Below are positions 18,399-27,057 of a stretch of 32,000 bases of DNA, piece by piece (position 1 is the stretch's first letter; the number at the start of each line of letters is the position of its first letter). The notes beneath the pieces were generated by a model. It did no database searches. It saw only the letters and a program-made list of their open reading frames with translations, and was not told the origin of the DNA. Position numbers and translations under genes: made by a program. The stretch lies in contig NC_009925.1 in the NCBI RefSeq assembly GCF_000018105.1, forward strand, positions 6,090,001 to 6,122,000. Direction: 5' to 3'. The DNA comes from Acaryochloris marina MBIC11017 (GTDB lineage Bacteria > Cyanobacteriota > Cyanobacteriia > Thermosynechococcales > Thermosynechococcaceae).

Positions 18399-18627
18399 GG
18401 ACCAATGGAATATAACGTCAACAGATTGGGCGAAGGTATCGATGACAGAACAAATTTGGTCAAGTCTGGCAACAAAGTGCAGTGACCTTAAGACTGGTAC
18501 TGACTTATTTCAATTGGATCTGGTGCCACTCTCGATTCAAAAATACGGCTGCCCAACGTGCTGGGCTGACGGAGCATTCCTGGGAATGGCAAGACCTCGC
18601 TACCTATCCAACACTTAGTTGATGCAC
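18399..18627 (+). pseudogene. Remnant of an IS1-family element (3' end of insB plus the right terminal repeat)
   Basis: It aligns along its whole length with 19498-19726 of the intact copy, at roughly 80% identity by eye. The alignment includes ...GGTGCCACTCTCGATTCAA...CGGCTGCCCAACG... and the terminal GTTGATGCAC. Confidence 0.75.
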
Positions 18628-18829
18628 AATCCTTTGATTTGGTGAATTAAACGCTGCTCATCGATTCTGCAAAGCAGTAGATGAAGTGAGTAGTTTTTTG
18701 AGACCTTGCAGTCATATGGCAGAATGCGTGTCTCCATCTGCTCAAAGAAAGAAGTTCATCAAACGGTATTGGTGAACTCAAAGAAATATTCCAGGCTACT
18801 TAACAATAGGAAAGACAACGTTTGGTGGG

Positions 18830-19728
18830 TCGTGCATCAAAGAAGTGTGGGTTTGTTAAACCGATAGGGAGTCGAGTTGTTTTATTTCCTCATGCAATGT
18901 CCTCTATGTGGTCATCCTAAAACCCACAAACATGGCAAGACCAGCAAAGGCAGTCAACGTTACCGTTGCCCCCACTGTCAACAGACCTTTAGTGAGACCT
19001 TTGACACCCTGTGTTATCGCCGTCAGATCTCTCCTGAAACGATCCAGACCATCCTTCAAGCTCATGTTGAAGGGAGTAGTCTACGAGGACTCTCTCGCAT
19101 CACGGGTGTAGCGTATAACACTTGTGTGAGTGTGGTTCGTTCAGCGAGTCATAAATCCCAAATGATTCACAATGGGGAAGTTCAGGCCGTTGCGACCGAC
19201 GTCATTAATGCAGATGAGTTGTGGTCCTTTGTCAAAAAAAGCAAAAGCACTGTGAGCCGAAGGAGTTGAGGGTAGGCGACTGCTGGATAGCATTGAGTCT
19301 TGCGAAAGAGAGTGGTCTCGTGCTCAGTGGCCGTATTGGCAAACATACCGACGAGCTAGCTCAAGAATTGATTGAAAATACTGAGGGCAAAACCGCCTGT
19401 CATCATTGGCAAACGGATGGTTGGGAAGGGTACGCACGACAATTACCCGATGAGGTCGTCCATGAAGTGAGTAAAGCCCTGACCCAACGCTTAGAGCGGA
19501 CCAATGGCATCGTGCGTCAGCAGACCGGGCGTTGGCATCGACGACAGAATAAGTTTGGCAAAGTCTGGCAACAGAGTGCGATGACTTTAAGATTGGTGCT
19601 GAGCTATTTCAACTGGATTTGGTGCCACTCTCGATTCAAGAACACGGCTGCCCAACGAGCTGGATTGACGGAGCGTCCTTGGAGATGGCAAGACTTAGCT
19701 TCCTATCCCACACTTTGTTGATGCACAA
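18830..19728 (+). mobile_element. IS1-family insertion sequence, apparently intact
   Basis: The imperfect terminal inverted repeats are GTGCATCAAAGAAGTGTGGG (from 18832) and the reverse complement of CCCACACTTTGTTGATGCAC (ending at 19726). InsA and InsB frames lie inside. The outer boundaries are uncertain by a few nt. Confidence 0.8.
18892..19721 (+). CDS. IS1-family transposase InsAB' (insA 18892-19269; the insB frame reaches 19721 after a -1 frameshift)
   Basis: InsA has a zinc finger (CPLCGH...CPHCQQTF) and an HTH. The slippery run AAAAAAA (19234-19240) lies in the overlap, and the downstream ORF is in the -1 frame, as in IS1 (A6C motif). The InsB part includes WQTDGWEGY. Confidence 0.8.
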
Positions 19729-20376
19729 TCTAATATTCTTGGCTAACCAACCTCGAAAATTTCGTTACGCAGGCATTGAATTAATGTTCATTCTCTGGTG
19801 TCGTAGCTAATAATCAGTGGGCTTCTTAACGTAAGTATCATTTTTCTCTTAAAAAAGTGACACGCTCCCTCCTACGATTAGTCAAAACTCCTACAGAATC
19901 AAATGGAAGACACCTTTTGCTCAGTCTAGAGGGGTTCGGATATGTACGTCCAGAGCACTTGCGTAGGAATTCGATGATGATGCTTGGTCAATCATTTAAA
20001 AATTGATTTATTTCCTGAAAAAAGTGATCTAAATCAGTGACAAGCCAATTAAAAAAATTAATTTTTTGATCCCAGAAAACTATCTGTAAGTAGAAAATTC
20101 TATATTTTTTTATCTCTCTATACCTCAAGCTTAACTCAGTTTTAAGTCAGCTATTCTCAGTTCTAAAGTCATATATACATCTTCTTGAATATAGATAGAT
20201 GCAGTTTAGATGGCTCTTATATGAGAGTTTCATGCTTCTTTGCAACTTCAAGGCATTGCTTTGAATTAGTCATTACAAGATGCAAGTTATTTCTAATGTG
20301 TTTTTCTTTGAAATACCAGATAATTCTTGTTTTTTTAGCTATAGAGATAAAGTTTCTTCTAGTAACAGATGAAGTC

Positions 20377-21198
20377 ATGAGAATTACACATATCTTAAAT
20401 AAAGTTGATCGATTTCTCCACCCTTCTAATATCTATGCTCTTCAACCTGATCACGATCTTCTTAGGAAAAATCGATCACTTATAAAATCAAATGATATTG
20501 TTCTACTATCTTATCCGAGATCTGGAAATACTTGGTTGAGAAGACTCTTAGCAAACTCAATATTAGAGTCTCAGAAAAGTCTAATCTCTATACAGTCAGA
20601 TATTCCTTTTGAAACCGTAATCCCATCTATTTATACTCAAAGCTTAGAACCCAGTTGTTTACATAATTATCAAGATATCAGTCAACGTATCATTAAAAGT
20701 CATGAGCATCGGGATGCCAAAGGACATCGAACCATTTATTTAATGCGTAACCCAGTTGATACTTTAGTGTCTTGGTATCATTTTGTTTGTGGATCGCCAA
20801 AACTTTTAAATCAATTTCCTTGGATACAAGATCTCTCTATTGATGAGTTTTGTTTGAATGCTGTAGAAGGCTGGGCCAAACACATCCAACAGACCCGCAA
20901 GTATGAAAATATCTTACTAGTTGAATATGAAAACTTATTTCAATACCCAAACCAGGTTCTTGGAGAAATTTTATCTTTTTGTGGTATCCCCCAACACAAT
21001 ATTGATCTAGATCGGGTAATTGAAAATCAGTCTATCCGTAAACTTAAGCCTGTCACACAATCACTAGAGTTAAGAAAAGGTGGGGTTGGACATGGCAATG
21101 TTGAGTTACAAGCAGATACTGTGGCAGAACTACAGAAATATCAGAACTTGATCGATACCAAATGGAAACCTGCAATTGAACTTATTACTCAGTCATAG
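20377..21198 (+). CDS. Sulfotransferase (PAPS-dependent family)
   Basis: The 5'-PSB loop is LSYPRSGNTWLRRL and the 3'-PB motif is YLMRNPVDTLVSWYHF. I chose the ATG at 20377 (MRITHILNK) because the 64 upstream codons of the track ORF are AT-rich filler. The gene is visibly AT-rich. Confidence 0.8.
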   Translation: MRITHILNKVDRFLHPSNIYALQPDHDLLRKNRSLIKSNDIVLLSYPRSGNTWLRRLLANSILESQKSLISIQSDIPFETVIPSIYTQSLEPSCLHNYQDISQRIIKSHEHRDAKGHRTIYLMRNPVDTLVSWYHFVCGSPKLLNQFPWIQDLSIDEFCLNAVEGWAKHIQQTRKYENILLVEYENLFQYPNQVLGEILSFCGIPQHNIDLDRVIENQSIRKLKPVTQSLELRKGGVGHGNVELQADTVAELQKYQNLIDTKWKPAIELITQS

Positions 21199-21246
21199 TA
21201 ATTTCGACAGGCTAGGTTGAGGATAGAGTCTGGTGAGTCTAGTGCG

Positions 21247-21303
21247 CAACTAATTACGGGTTTTATTTCATGGGTGAGATTGCCTAAAACCCGTAATTAG
21301 TTG
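21247..21303. terminator. Bidirectional terminator-like hairpin between convergent genes
   Basis: The 19-bp arms are perfect: CAACTAATTACGGGTTTTA (21247-21265) and TAAAACCCGTAATTAGTTG (21285-21303), with a 19-nt loop. The hairpin lies between the sulfotransferase stop (21198) and the cydB stop (21308). Confidence 0.7.
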
Positions 21304-21307
21304 GACC

Positions 21308-22324
21308 TTAATCGCTCTCATGAGCTTGGGTGACTTTCCCCCTAAAGACCACATAGTTATAGATGTTGTAGAACAACATAATCGGGATTAAGAAACCAAT
21401 AAAAATGATCATAAAAACCAGGGCACTTGACGAAGCAGCAGCCTGATAGATCGTGACTTGAGGGGGGATGATGTACGGAAAAATGATTAACCCCAGGCCT
21501 AAAAAAGAGAGTAAGAAAATCAGCACTGTCCAAACAAAGGGCATTCGCTCTTGCTCCTTGCTGAGACTTCGCAATAACAGAGCTACAAATAAGCTGCCTA
21601 AGAGGGGAATAGCGGCGAAGAAATAAAGCAGAGGTGGATCAAACATGCGATCGCGCATTTGTTCATAAAACACCGGCGTACTCACCGTAATAAATACTGC
21701 TCCTAGGAACGTCGTGACTGCCGCTAATTTAGCCGTTTTGTAGTGGGTTTGTTGCAGGGCTCCCGTCGTTTTCATCACCAAATAGGTGGAACCAATCAGG
21801 ACATACCCTTGAATCAGCGTTAGAGCGACCAGAACTGATTTCCAGCTTAACCAATCCCATACACCCCCCACAAAATGGCCTGCAGTATCTACCGTAATTC
21901 CCTCAAATACGGTTCCTACGGCAAAACCCTGACCTAAGGCTGCCATAAAACTCCCTGCGCCAAAGGCAACATTCCACAGTTGCTTGCTACGAACCGAATT
22001 TTCCCGAAACTCAAATGCGATCGCCCGCAAGATTAATCCGCCCACCATCAAACTGACGGGAATATATAGAGCATGGAGGACCGTGGCATAGGCTAATGGG
22101 AAAGCGCCAAATAACGTTCCCCCCACCAAGACCAACCAGGTTTCATTGGCATCCCAAATATTGCCCAAACTGGTCATTAAAATGCTGCGACTTTCCTCAT
22201 TCGAGGCCGTTAGGGACAAAATCCCCACCCCTAAATCAAATCCATCGAGGGTGACATAGAGGAAAAGAAACAACCCTAGAATCACAAACCAGACCTGGGG
22301 TAGAAAATGTTCTAATGCTTCCAT
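21308..22324 (-). CDS. cydB: Cytochrome bd ubiquinol/plastoquinol oxidase subunit II
   Basis: 338-aa polytopic ORF beginning MEALEHFLPQVWFVILGLFLFLYVTLDGFDLGVG, which is typical of CydB. It lies 10 nt downstream of cydA. Confidence 0.9.
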   Translation of the reverse strand: MEALEHFLPQVWFVILGLFLFLYVTLDGFDLGVGILSLTASNEESRSILMTSLGNIWDANETWLVLVGGTLFGAFPLAYATVLHALYIPVSLMVGGLILRAIAFEFRENSVRSKQLWNVAFGAGSFMAALGQGFAVGTVFEGITVDTAGHFVGGVWDWLSWKSVLVALTLIQGYVLIGSTYLVMKTTGALQQTHYKTAKLAAVTTFLGAVFITVSTPVFYEQMRDRMFDPPLLYFFAAIPLLGSLFVALLLRSLSKEQERMPFVWTVLIFLLSFLGLGLIIFPYIIPPQVTIYQAAASSSALVFMIIFIGFLIPIMLFYNIYNYVVFRGKVTQAHESD

Positions 22325-22334
22325 GAACGAACCT

Positions 22335-23777
22335 CTACTGTTGGGTTTCTATGGGACGCTGATCAGGCTGATGCTGCATGGGTTCAACCGCCAAGGGAGC
22401 TTTGCTAACTGATTGGGGTAGGGGTAGCTCTAAATTAGGACCCTTACGAATAATGCGGCTGCCAAAATACAGTGCTCCCACAAATAACAGGCTATACATA
22501 CCAGCAAAGCCCAGAAGAGAGGTTAGAACTTCAGGAGGTGGCAGAGGCGTGGCCATATCTGCGGTGCGTAGCTCACCATAAACCGTCCAGGGTTGGCGAC
22601 CAACACAGCGAACAATCCAACCACATTCCACTGCTATATAGCCCATGGGCGCTGCGAGTAGCCATCCCCACAGCATTAGTTTCTGCTCAACGATCGCCTC
22701 TGCCGTCAGTTTGCCCCGGAGCCATCGCCATAAGCTAAAGCCCATCAACCCTGCTAAGAAAATACCAATCCCACTCATAATCCGAAAGGAATAGTAAATT
22801 AATCCCACCATATGGGGTCGATCCTGTGGTTCCCACTCGTTTAAACCTTGCACAGGCTCCGATAGGGTGGGCTTCAACTCCAACAAATAGCTGAGCATAC
22901 CTGGGACTTTGACTTCCCATTCATTGCGCTCCTCCTGATCATTCGGCAATGCGACCAAGCTCCAGGCCGGAGACGATCCAGCGGGAATGGTATCCCACTG
23001 AGCTTCCATGGCTGCCAATTTAGAAGGCTGGTAGTGATAGACCTGCTCAGCGCTGAGATGACCGACAAAAATCTGGAGTGGGGCAACGACGAAGGCAACA
23101 GCCAGAACCACCTTCAGAGATCGTCCGAAAAAGCCTGGATGACGACGATTGAGGATATACCAGGCACTAATGCCCCCAATCACAAACAAAGACGTTTCCA
23201 GGGTGGCGAAAAACATATGCAGAAAGCTATTCAGCATAAATGGATTTAGTATCGCCTGGAAATAATCGCTGACGATAAACTTACCCCCAATAAATTCTCC
23301 TCCCGCTGGAGTTTGTAACCAGGAATTCGCAGTCAAAATCCAAAAGGTGGAAAGGTTTGCACCAAAAGCAACCATGATCGTCGCTAGCCAGTGCATCAAC
23401 GGGGGGACTCGGTCCCAACCAAATAGCATAATCCCCAGAAAGCCCGCTTCGAGCATAAAGGCCATTGCCCCTTCAAAGCCCAGAATGCTACCAAAAAAAT
23501 CTCCTACAGCTTCCGAGAACGGTGCCCAGTTGGTACCGAATTGAAACTCCATGGGTAAGCCAGAAGCCACACCAATCCCAAAATTCAAGACATAGAGCTT
23601 GGCCCAGAATCGGGCATGGAGATAATAATCACGATTTCGGGTTTTTAGCCATAACCCTTCAACTACGACTAAATAAATGGCCATCCCAGTCGATAAGACA
23701 GGCCAAAGCATATGAAAAATAGCTGTCAAGGCAAACTGCATCCTTGACAGCACAACCGTATCAGACAAAAAATCCAT
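22335..23777 (-). CDS. cydA: Cytochrome bd oxidase subunit I
   Basis: 480 aa beginning MDFLSDTVVLSRMQFALTAIFHMLWPVLSTGMA, with ...GRQPW... (CGWIVRCVGRQPWTVYG), both hallmarks of CydA. Confidence 0.95.
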   Translation of the reverse strand: MDFLSDTVVLSRMQFALTAIFHMLWPVLSTGMAIYLVVVEGLWLKTRNRDYYLHARFWAKLYVLNFGIGVASGLPMEFQFGTNWAPFSEAVGDFFGSILGFEGAMAFMLEAGFLGIMLFGWDRVPPLMHWLATIMVAFGANLSTFWILTANSWLQTPAGGEFIGGKFIVSDYFQAILNPFMLNSFLHMFFATLETSLFVIGGISAWYILNRRHPGFFGRSLKVVLAVAFVVAPLQIFVGHLSAEQVYHYQPSKLAAMEAQWDTIPAGSSPAWSLVALPNDQEERNEWEVKVPGMLSYLLELKPTLSEPVQGLNEWEPQDRPHMVGLIYYSFRIMSGIGIFLAGLMGFSLWRWLRGKLTAEAIVEQKLMLWGWLLAAPMGYIAVECGWIVRCVGRQPWTVYGELRTADMATPLPPPEVLTSLLGFAGMYSLLFVGALYFGSRIIRKGPNLELPLPQSVSKAPLAVEPMQHQPDQRPIETQQ

Positions 23778-23912
23778 AGGGGCAACCTGTTGACGGAGCG
23801 GAATGAAAGATCAATGGTTCATCCCTCCCCCTTGTAACAAATCTGGTCAAAGCTTTGCCAAAGACGGTTTGTAGAACTTATCAGTTCAGGATTAAAGTTT
23901 ATACCCCAAGAC

Positions 23913-24818
23913 TTATCCTGTTACCCACTCCCGCATCACATAGCGAATCAGTAAAATCAAACGATCCCCTGATGTGGGCTGTGCACCTTTGTGAAAGACT
24001 TGAGGTTCTTCCGCAAAACCAAACCCCGCCTCTCCTTCTAGGCTGACTAAGGAGTCTTGGCCGTAATGGTTGATCAGATCTTCATCCGAACGAAAGCGCG
24101 ATAGGGTGATTTTATCTGTCAAACGTTTGTGATCGTGGGTGCCCCGCACAATCATATGAGGGCCACAGGCAGAATCCACTTTGGTGAGATAAAAGAAAAA
24201 TCTTAAGGCCCCAAAATCATCCACATCATAGTGAAAACGCTGGCCTGCATGGTCGATATCATAGGGAGGAACATTGGCATAACTCCACCACAACCTTGAG
24301 CCGTTATGAATCGGCCGTACACCCAAATAGCCTTGGGCAATCTTCAATAGCTTGGGATCGTGGATAATGCGCTGAATTGCCGGGCAATCGAGAAAGGTTT
24401 CTGGATATCGCCCCCTAGAGTAGAGCTTATTGTACTGAGGTGAAGTGGAGTCATTATTTGCCTCAGTCTGGGGAGGGATATAAGCTGGCCCGTCATGGTC
24501 AGGGTAATAGTCAATGGTTTCCAGAAATTGAAAAATTTCCTGAACTGTAGCTGATGGGAGAGTTATGCCTGGGTAATATCCATCTTTTTTGATGCCATTG
24601 ACAACGGTATTAACCTGTAAGTCTGAGAATAAAGAATCTCTATCTTCTATGCCAAAAAAGAGAGAATTATTCGTTTTATTGCTTTGAGTACTGCCATAAA
24701 GGCGAGTTATCAGCTTCCGCATTGTGCTAAAGCGACTTAAAGCATACATGAGAAACCAATCTGGTTTGCGTAGCTTGAACAAAACGTGTTGAAGTCGTCC
24801 AAGAACAGCAGTATTCAT
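23913..24818 (-). CDS. Probable Fe(II)/2-oxoglutarate-dependent dioxygenase of the phytanoyl-CoA dioxygenase (PhyH) type
   Basis: There is an HxD facial-triad candidate in GQRFHYDVDDFGALRFFFYL and a distal His in PQVFHKGAQP. I chose the ATG at 24818 (MNTAVLGRL). The family call is tentative. Confidence 0.5.
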   Translation of the reverse strand: MNTAVLGRLQHVLFKLRKPDWFLMYALSRFSTMRKLITRLYGSTQSNKTNNSLFFGIEDRDSLFSDLQVNTVVNGIKKDGYYPGITLPSATVQEIFQFLETIDYYPDHDGPAYIPPQTEANNDSTSPQYNKLYSRGRYPETFLDCPAIQRIIHDPKLLKIAQGYLGVRPIHNGSRLWWSYANVPPYDIDHAGQRFHYDVDDFGALRFFFYLTKVDSACGPHMIVRGTHDHKRLTDKITLSRFRSDEDLINHYGQDSLVSLEGEAGFGFAEEPQVFHKGAQPTSGDRLILLIRYVMREWVTG

Positions 24819-25001
24819 AAGCAGACTCAACTTAGTAGGTAACCCTAAAAACTCTCTCGTAAAAGTATTTTCAACCCACCGAGTTGAATTTTGCGGAAGC
24901 CCCAGTGTAACTTATATTGATTGTTTGTGATGTGATTTAAATCCCAATCCAAAATAATAGAAAAGAATTGAGTTAATGAACGGTTAACTATAGATGTCGC
25001 C

Positions 25002-25040
25002 AAAAAAAAGGAAATCTTATTCTAGTTGAAGATTTCCTTT
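25002..25040 (-). terminator. Rho-independent terminator downstream of the ArsA-like gene
   Basis: On the minus strand the stem AAGGAAATCTT / AAGATTTCCTT (25008-25018 and 25029-25039) is followed by a run of U (A-run 25002-25009 on the plus strand). It lies about 45 nt after the stop at 25084. Confidence 0.7.
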
Positions 25041-25083
25041 CTATAAAGTTCCGAGCGAACAAAAATATGATTCGGGAAAAAAT

Positions 25084-26184
25084 CTAAAAAGTGATCGTTA
25101 AGTACCCACCTTGAAATTTTGCAGCTTTCACGGGCTTGCCACGAAGCTCAGATGGGAGAAAAATATTTCGTCGTTGGTCTCCTGCTTCAATGGTCACTTC
25201 TGGACCATATTGGGTTAATTTAACCTGGGATTTTTCAAATTTGGGCAGAAATAATTTCACCTGACCATGGATAATGTCAATTTCAATCGGTTTAGGAGCA
25301 TTTGCAGCTTGTTTTAAATCCGGTAGAGCTGCGATTAGGGGCTGCCAATCTCCGGTGTGCTCGGGCAGGGTGACCACAGAGAGTGGATCAAATGCAGTTT
25401 GCAAAGCTGAGGAATTGAGGGGCGTTCTAGCAGGATTGGCAATTACACCCCCTACGCTTAACCCCACTTGCTGGGCGCTGCCCCAATAGTACTGGGCAGT
25501 TGCGATCGCAACCTCGTCCCCAGTGGTAACCAAATAGGCTGCAACTCGATTTGGATCGGAGATTGCCCGCTTGGCATCATCCAACACGGCATTGGCGCGT
25601 TCCGTCGGTTCAGCAAAATTGTCCCCAGCCAAATTAACCGTAAATACGGCTGCTGTAACGGGTTGAACAAAGGGAGATAGGGCTTTACCTAAATCGGAAT
25701 CAGCAATGACCTGGCGAAATCGGCGGGCATACCAACTGAGAATTTCCGGTGAGCCCACCATCCGCAGGGTAGACAGATCGCCCGGCCCGTCGTAAATAAT
25801 GACGTCATAACTGCCGCTACCCTCGTACTCCCGTAGAGCATTGAGGGCGAGGGCGCTATCCATTCCGGGCAAAATGCCGAGTTCTTGACCAAAGACCGTC
25901 TTAAAAAAAGGCGTGCGAACATATTCTGCTTCGAGTTTCTTGAGGTCTTCCCAAGCTTTCTCTAGCAAAACCGTGCTGCGGAGCTGCACTGCTTTTAAGT
26001 TGACGCCGAGTTCTTGAGGTTCCGTGCCAATTGGGGCACCCATCATTAAATCAAAACCGGGACCCGGGTTCTGACTGGCCAATAAGACCCGATATCCCTG
26101 TTCAGCGAATTGTTTTGCCGCTGCGATCGCAACCGTCGTTCGCCCCGTACCACCTTTTCCTAAGAAGGTCAGAAGAAATGCCAT
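25084..26184 (-). CDS. ArsA/Get3-family P-loop ATPase with a C-terminal HSP20/alpha-crystallin-like beta-sandwich tail
   Basis: The deviant Walker A is FLGKGGTGRTTVAIAAA, followed by VIIYDGPGD. The C-terminal strands are KLFLPKFEKSQVKLTQYGPEVTIEAGDQRRNIFLP...AKFQGGYLTITF. Confidence 0.85.
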   Translation of the reverse strand: MAFLLTFLGKGGTGRTTVAIAAAKQFAEQGYRVLLASQNPGPGFDLMMGAPIGTEPQELGVNLKAVQLRSTVLLEKAWEDLKKLEAEYVRTPFFKTVFGQELGILPGMDSALALNALREYEGSGSYDVIIYDGPGDLSTLRMVGSPEILSWYARRFRQVIADSDLGKALSPFVQPVTAAVFTVNLAGDNFAEPTERANAVLDDAKRAISDPNRVAAYLVTTGDEVAIATAQYYWGSAQQVGLSVGGVIANPARTPLNSSALQTAFDPLSVVTLPEHTGDWQPLIAALPDLKQAANAPKPIEIDIIHGQVKLFLPKFEKSQVKLTQYGPEVTIEAGDQRRNIFLPSELRGKPVKAAKFQGGYLTITF

Positions 26185-26190
26185 TCAGGA

Positions 26191-26388
26191 TTACCGTCGT
26201 CCGGTCTCTAGCTCTTCTTCGAAAAACCAGCTACTGGTTTTATCACTAAAGGCGACGACGACGCCAATACCGCTACCATCGGTCATTTTGAACTCTTGAA
26301 TGGTGCCCATTTCACCGACTTTATCGTTGAGAGCACTCGAAAATCGATCGCGAATTTGGCAAACGCGAACTTTCTGACCTAACTTCAT
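26191..26388 (-). CDS. petP: PetP-like small SH3-fold protein (cytochrome b6f-associated subunit family)
   Basis: MKLGQKVRVCQIRDRFSSALNDKVGEMGTIQEFKMTDGSGIGVVVAFSDKTSSWFFEEELE matches the pattern I remember for cyanobacterial PetP (GQKV.V.R.RDR...G.V..FKMTDGSG.GV.V.F.D....WFFE.E). I chose the ATG at 26388. Confidence 0.7.
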   Translation of the reverse strand: MKLGQKVRVCQIRDRFSSALNDKVGEMGTIQEFKMTDGSGIGVVVAFSDKTSSWFFEEELETGRR

Positions 26389-26510
26389 CACTTGATACCT
26401 CTGCAAGAAAACGGACCAATCCATAGTCTAGCAGGCTTGAGGTCTTTATACCGTAAGGATTTAAGCCTATTGTCAAGAAAAAATGTGGTAAACCCGTGTC
26501 ATTTTGGGGA

Positions 26511-26840
26511 TTATTTCACGAGTCCTTGAACTTCGATCCAGTGAATTGCTTCTTTTAAGGTTTGAGCGTAAAAGGATTTCCCCGAACATGGATCGGCAAT
26601 CTGCCACCAGACTTCACCCTTGTAATTACTCTTTTTCTCAAGGCTCAATTGAGACCGTTGAGACAGTTTTTGAGAAGCCTGCAGAAGCACTCTCCGCAAA
26701 CCCGAACCATGGTGTTGATGCTTAGAAGATGCTGTGCTTGCACCCCTTGGTGCAAGAGAAGATCGATGTTGCTGATCCACCGATAGAGAAGGCAATTGAC
26801 TAAACATCCTAAAAACCCCGCTGTCAAAAAATGTGTTCAA
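26511..26840 (-). CDS. Hypothetical protein
   Basis: 109-aa ORF with a low-complexity basic/Ser-rich middle and a C-terminal KGEVWWQIADPCSGKSFYAQTLKEAIHWIE. An alternative start is Met12 (26807). I recognise no family. Confidence 0.45.
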   Translation of the reverse strand: MNTFFDSGVFRMFSQLPSLSVDQQHRSSLAPRGASTASSKHQHHGSGLRRVLLQASQKLSQRSQLSLEKKSNYKGEVWWQIADPCSGKSFYAQTLKEAIHWIEVQGLVK

Positions 26841-27057
26841 TCTTACTATTTATAAGACTTGTCAGCTCACGTCTAGAAAGATACGCAAGATACCAAAAAC
26901 CATATTCCGATCCCACTCAAAGAAACAGCATTTCTATCACCCTGCTCGATAGACTGAGATCACTGCACTTTCTAGATTTCATCAGTAGCTCTCTTTTCAA
27001 CCTCCCCGTCATGGCTGAGCCGTTTTCAAGGACGTTATAAACCCAGAGAGATCGCAT

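Noticed and set aside
18170-18475. 101-aa minus-strand ORF antisense to the third cassette ORF.
   Set aside because: It runs from inside the IS1 remnant across the break point into unrelated DNA, so it cannot be an ancestral gene. It has a low-complexity composition.
20185-20376. 64-codon N-terminal extension of the sulfotransferase ORF.
   Set aside because: The stretch is AT-rich with an implausible sequence (CFFATSRHCFELVITRCKLFLMCF). Sulfotransferase homology begins only after Met65 (ATG 20377).
22378-23722. Seven track ORFs of 61-88 aa, on both strands, that lie within cydA.
   Set aside because: They lie entirely within, or out of frame with, a strongly supported CydA coding sequence. 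They have no start context or recognisable motifs and are typical shadow ORFs.
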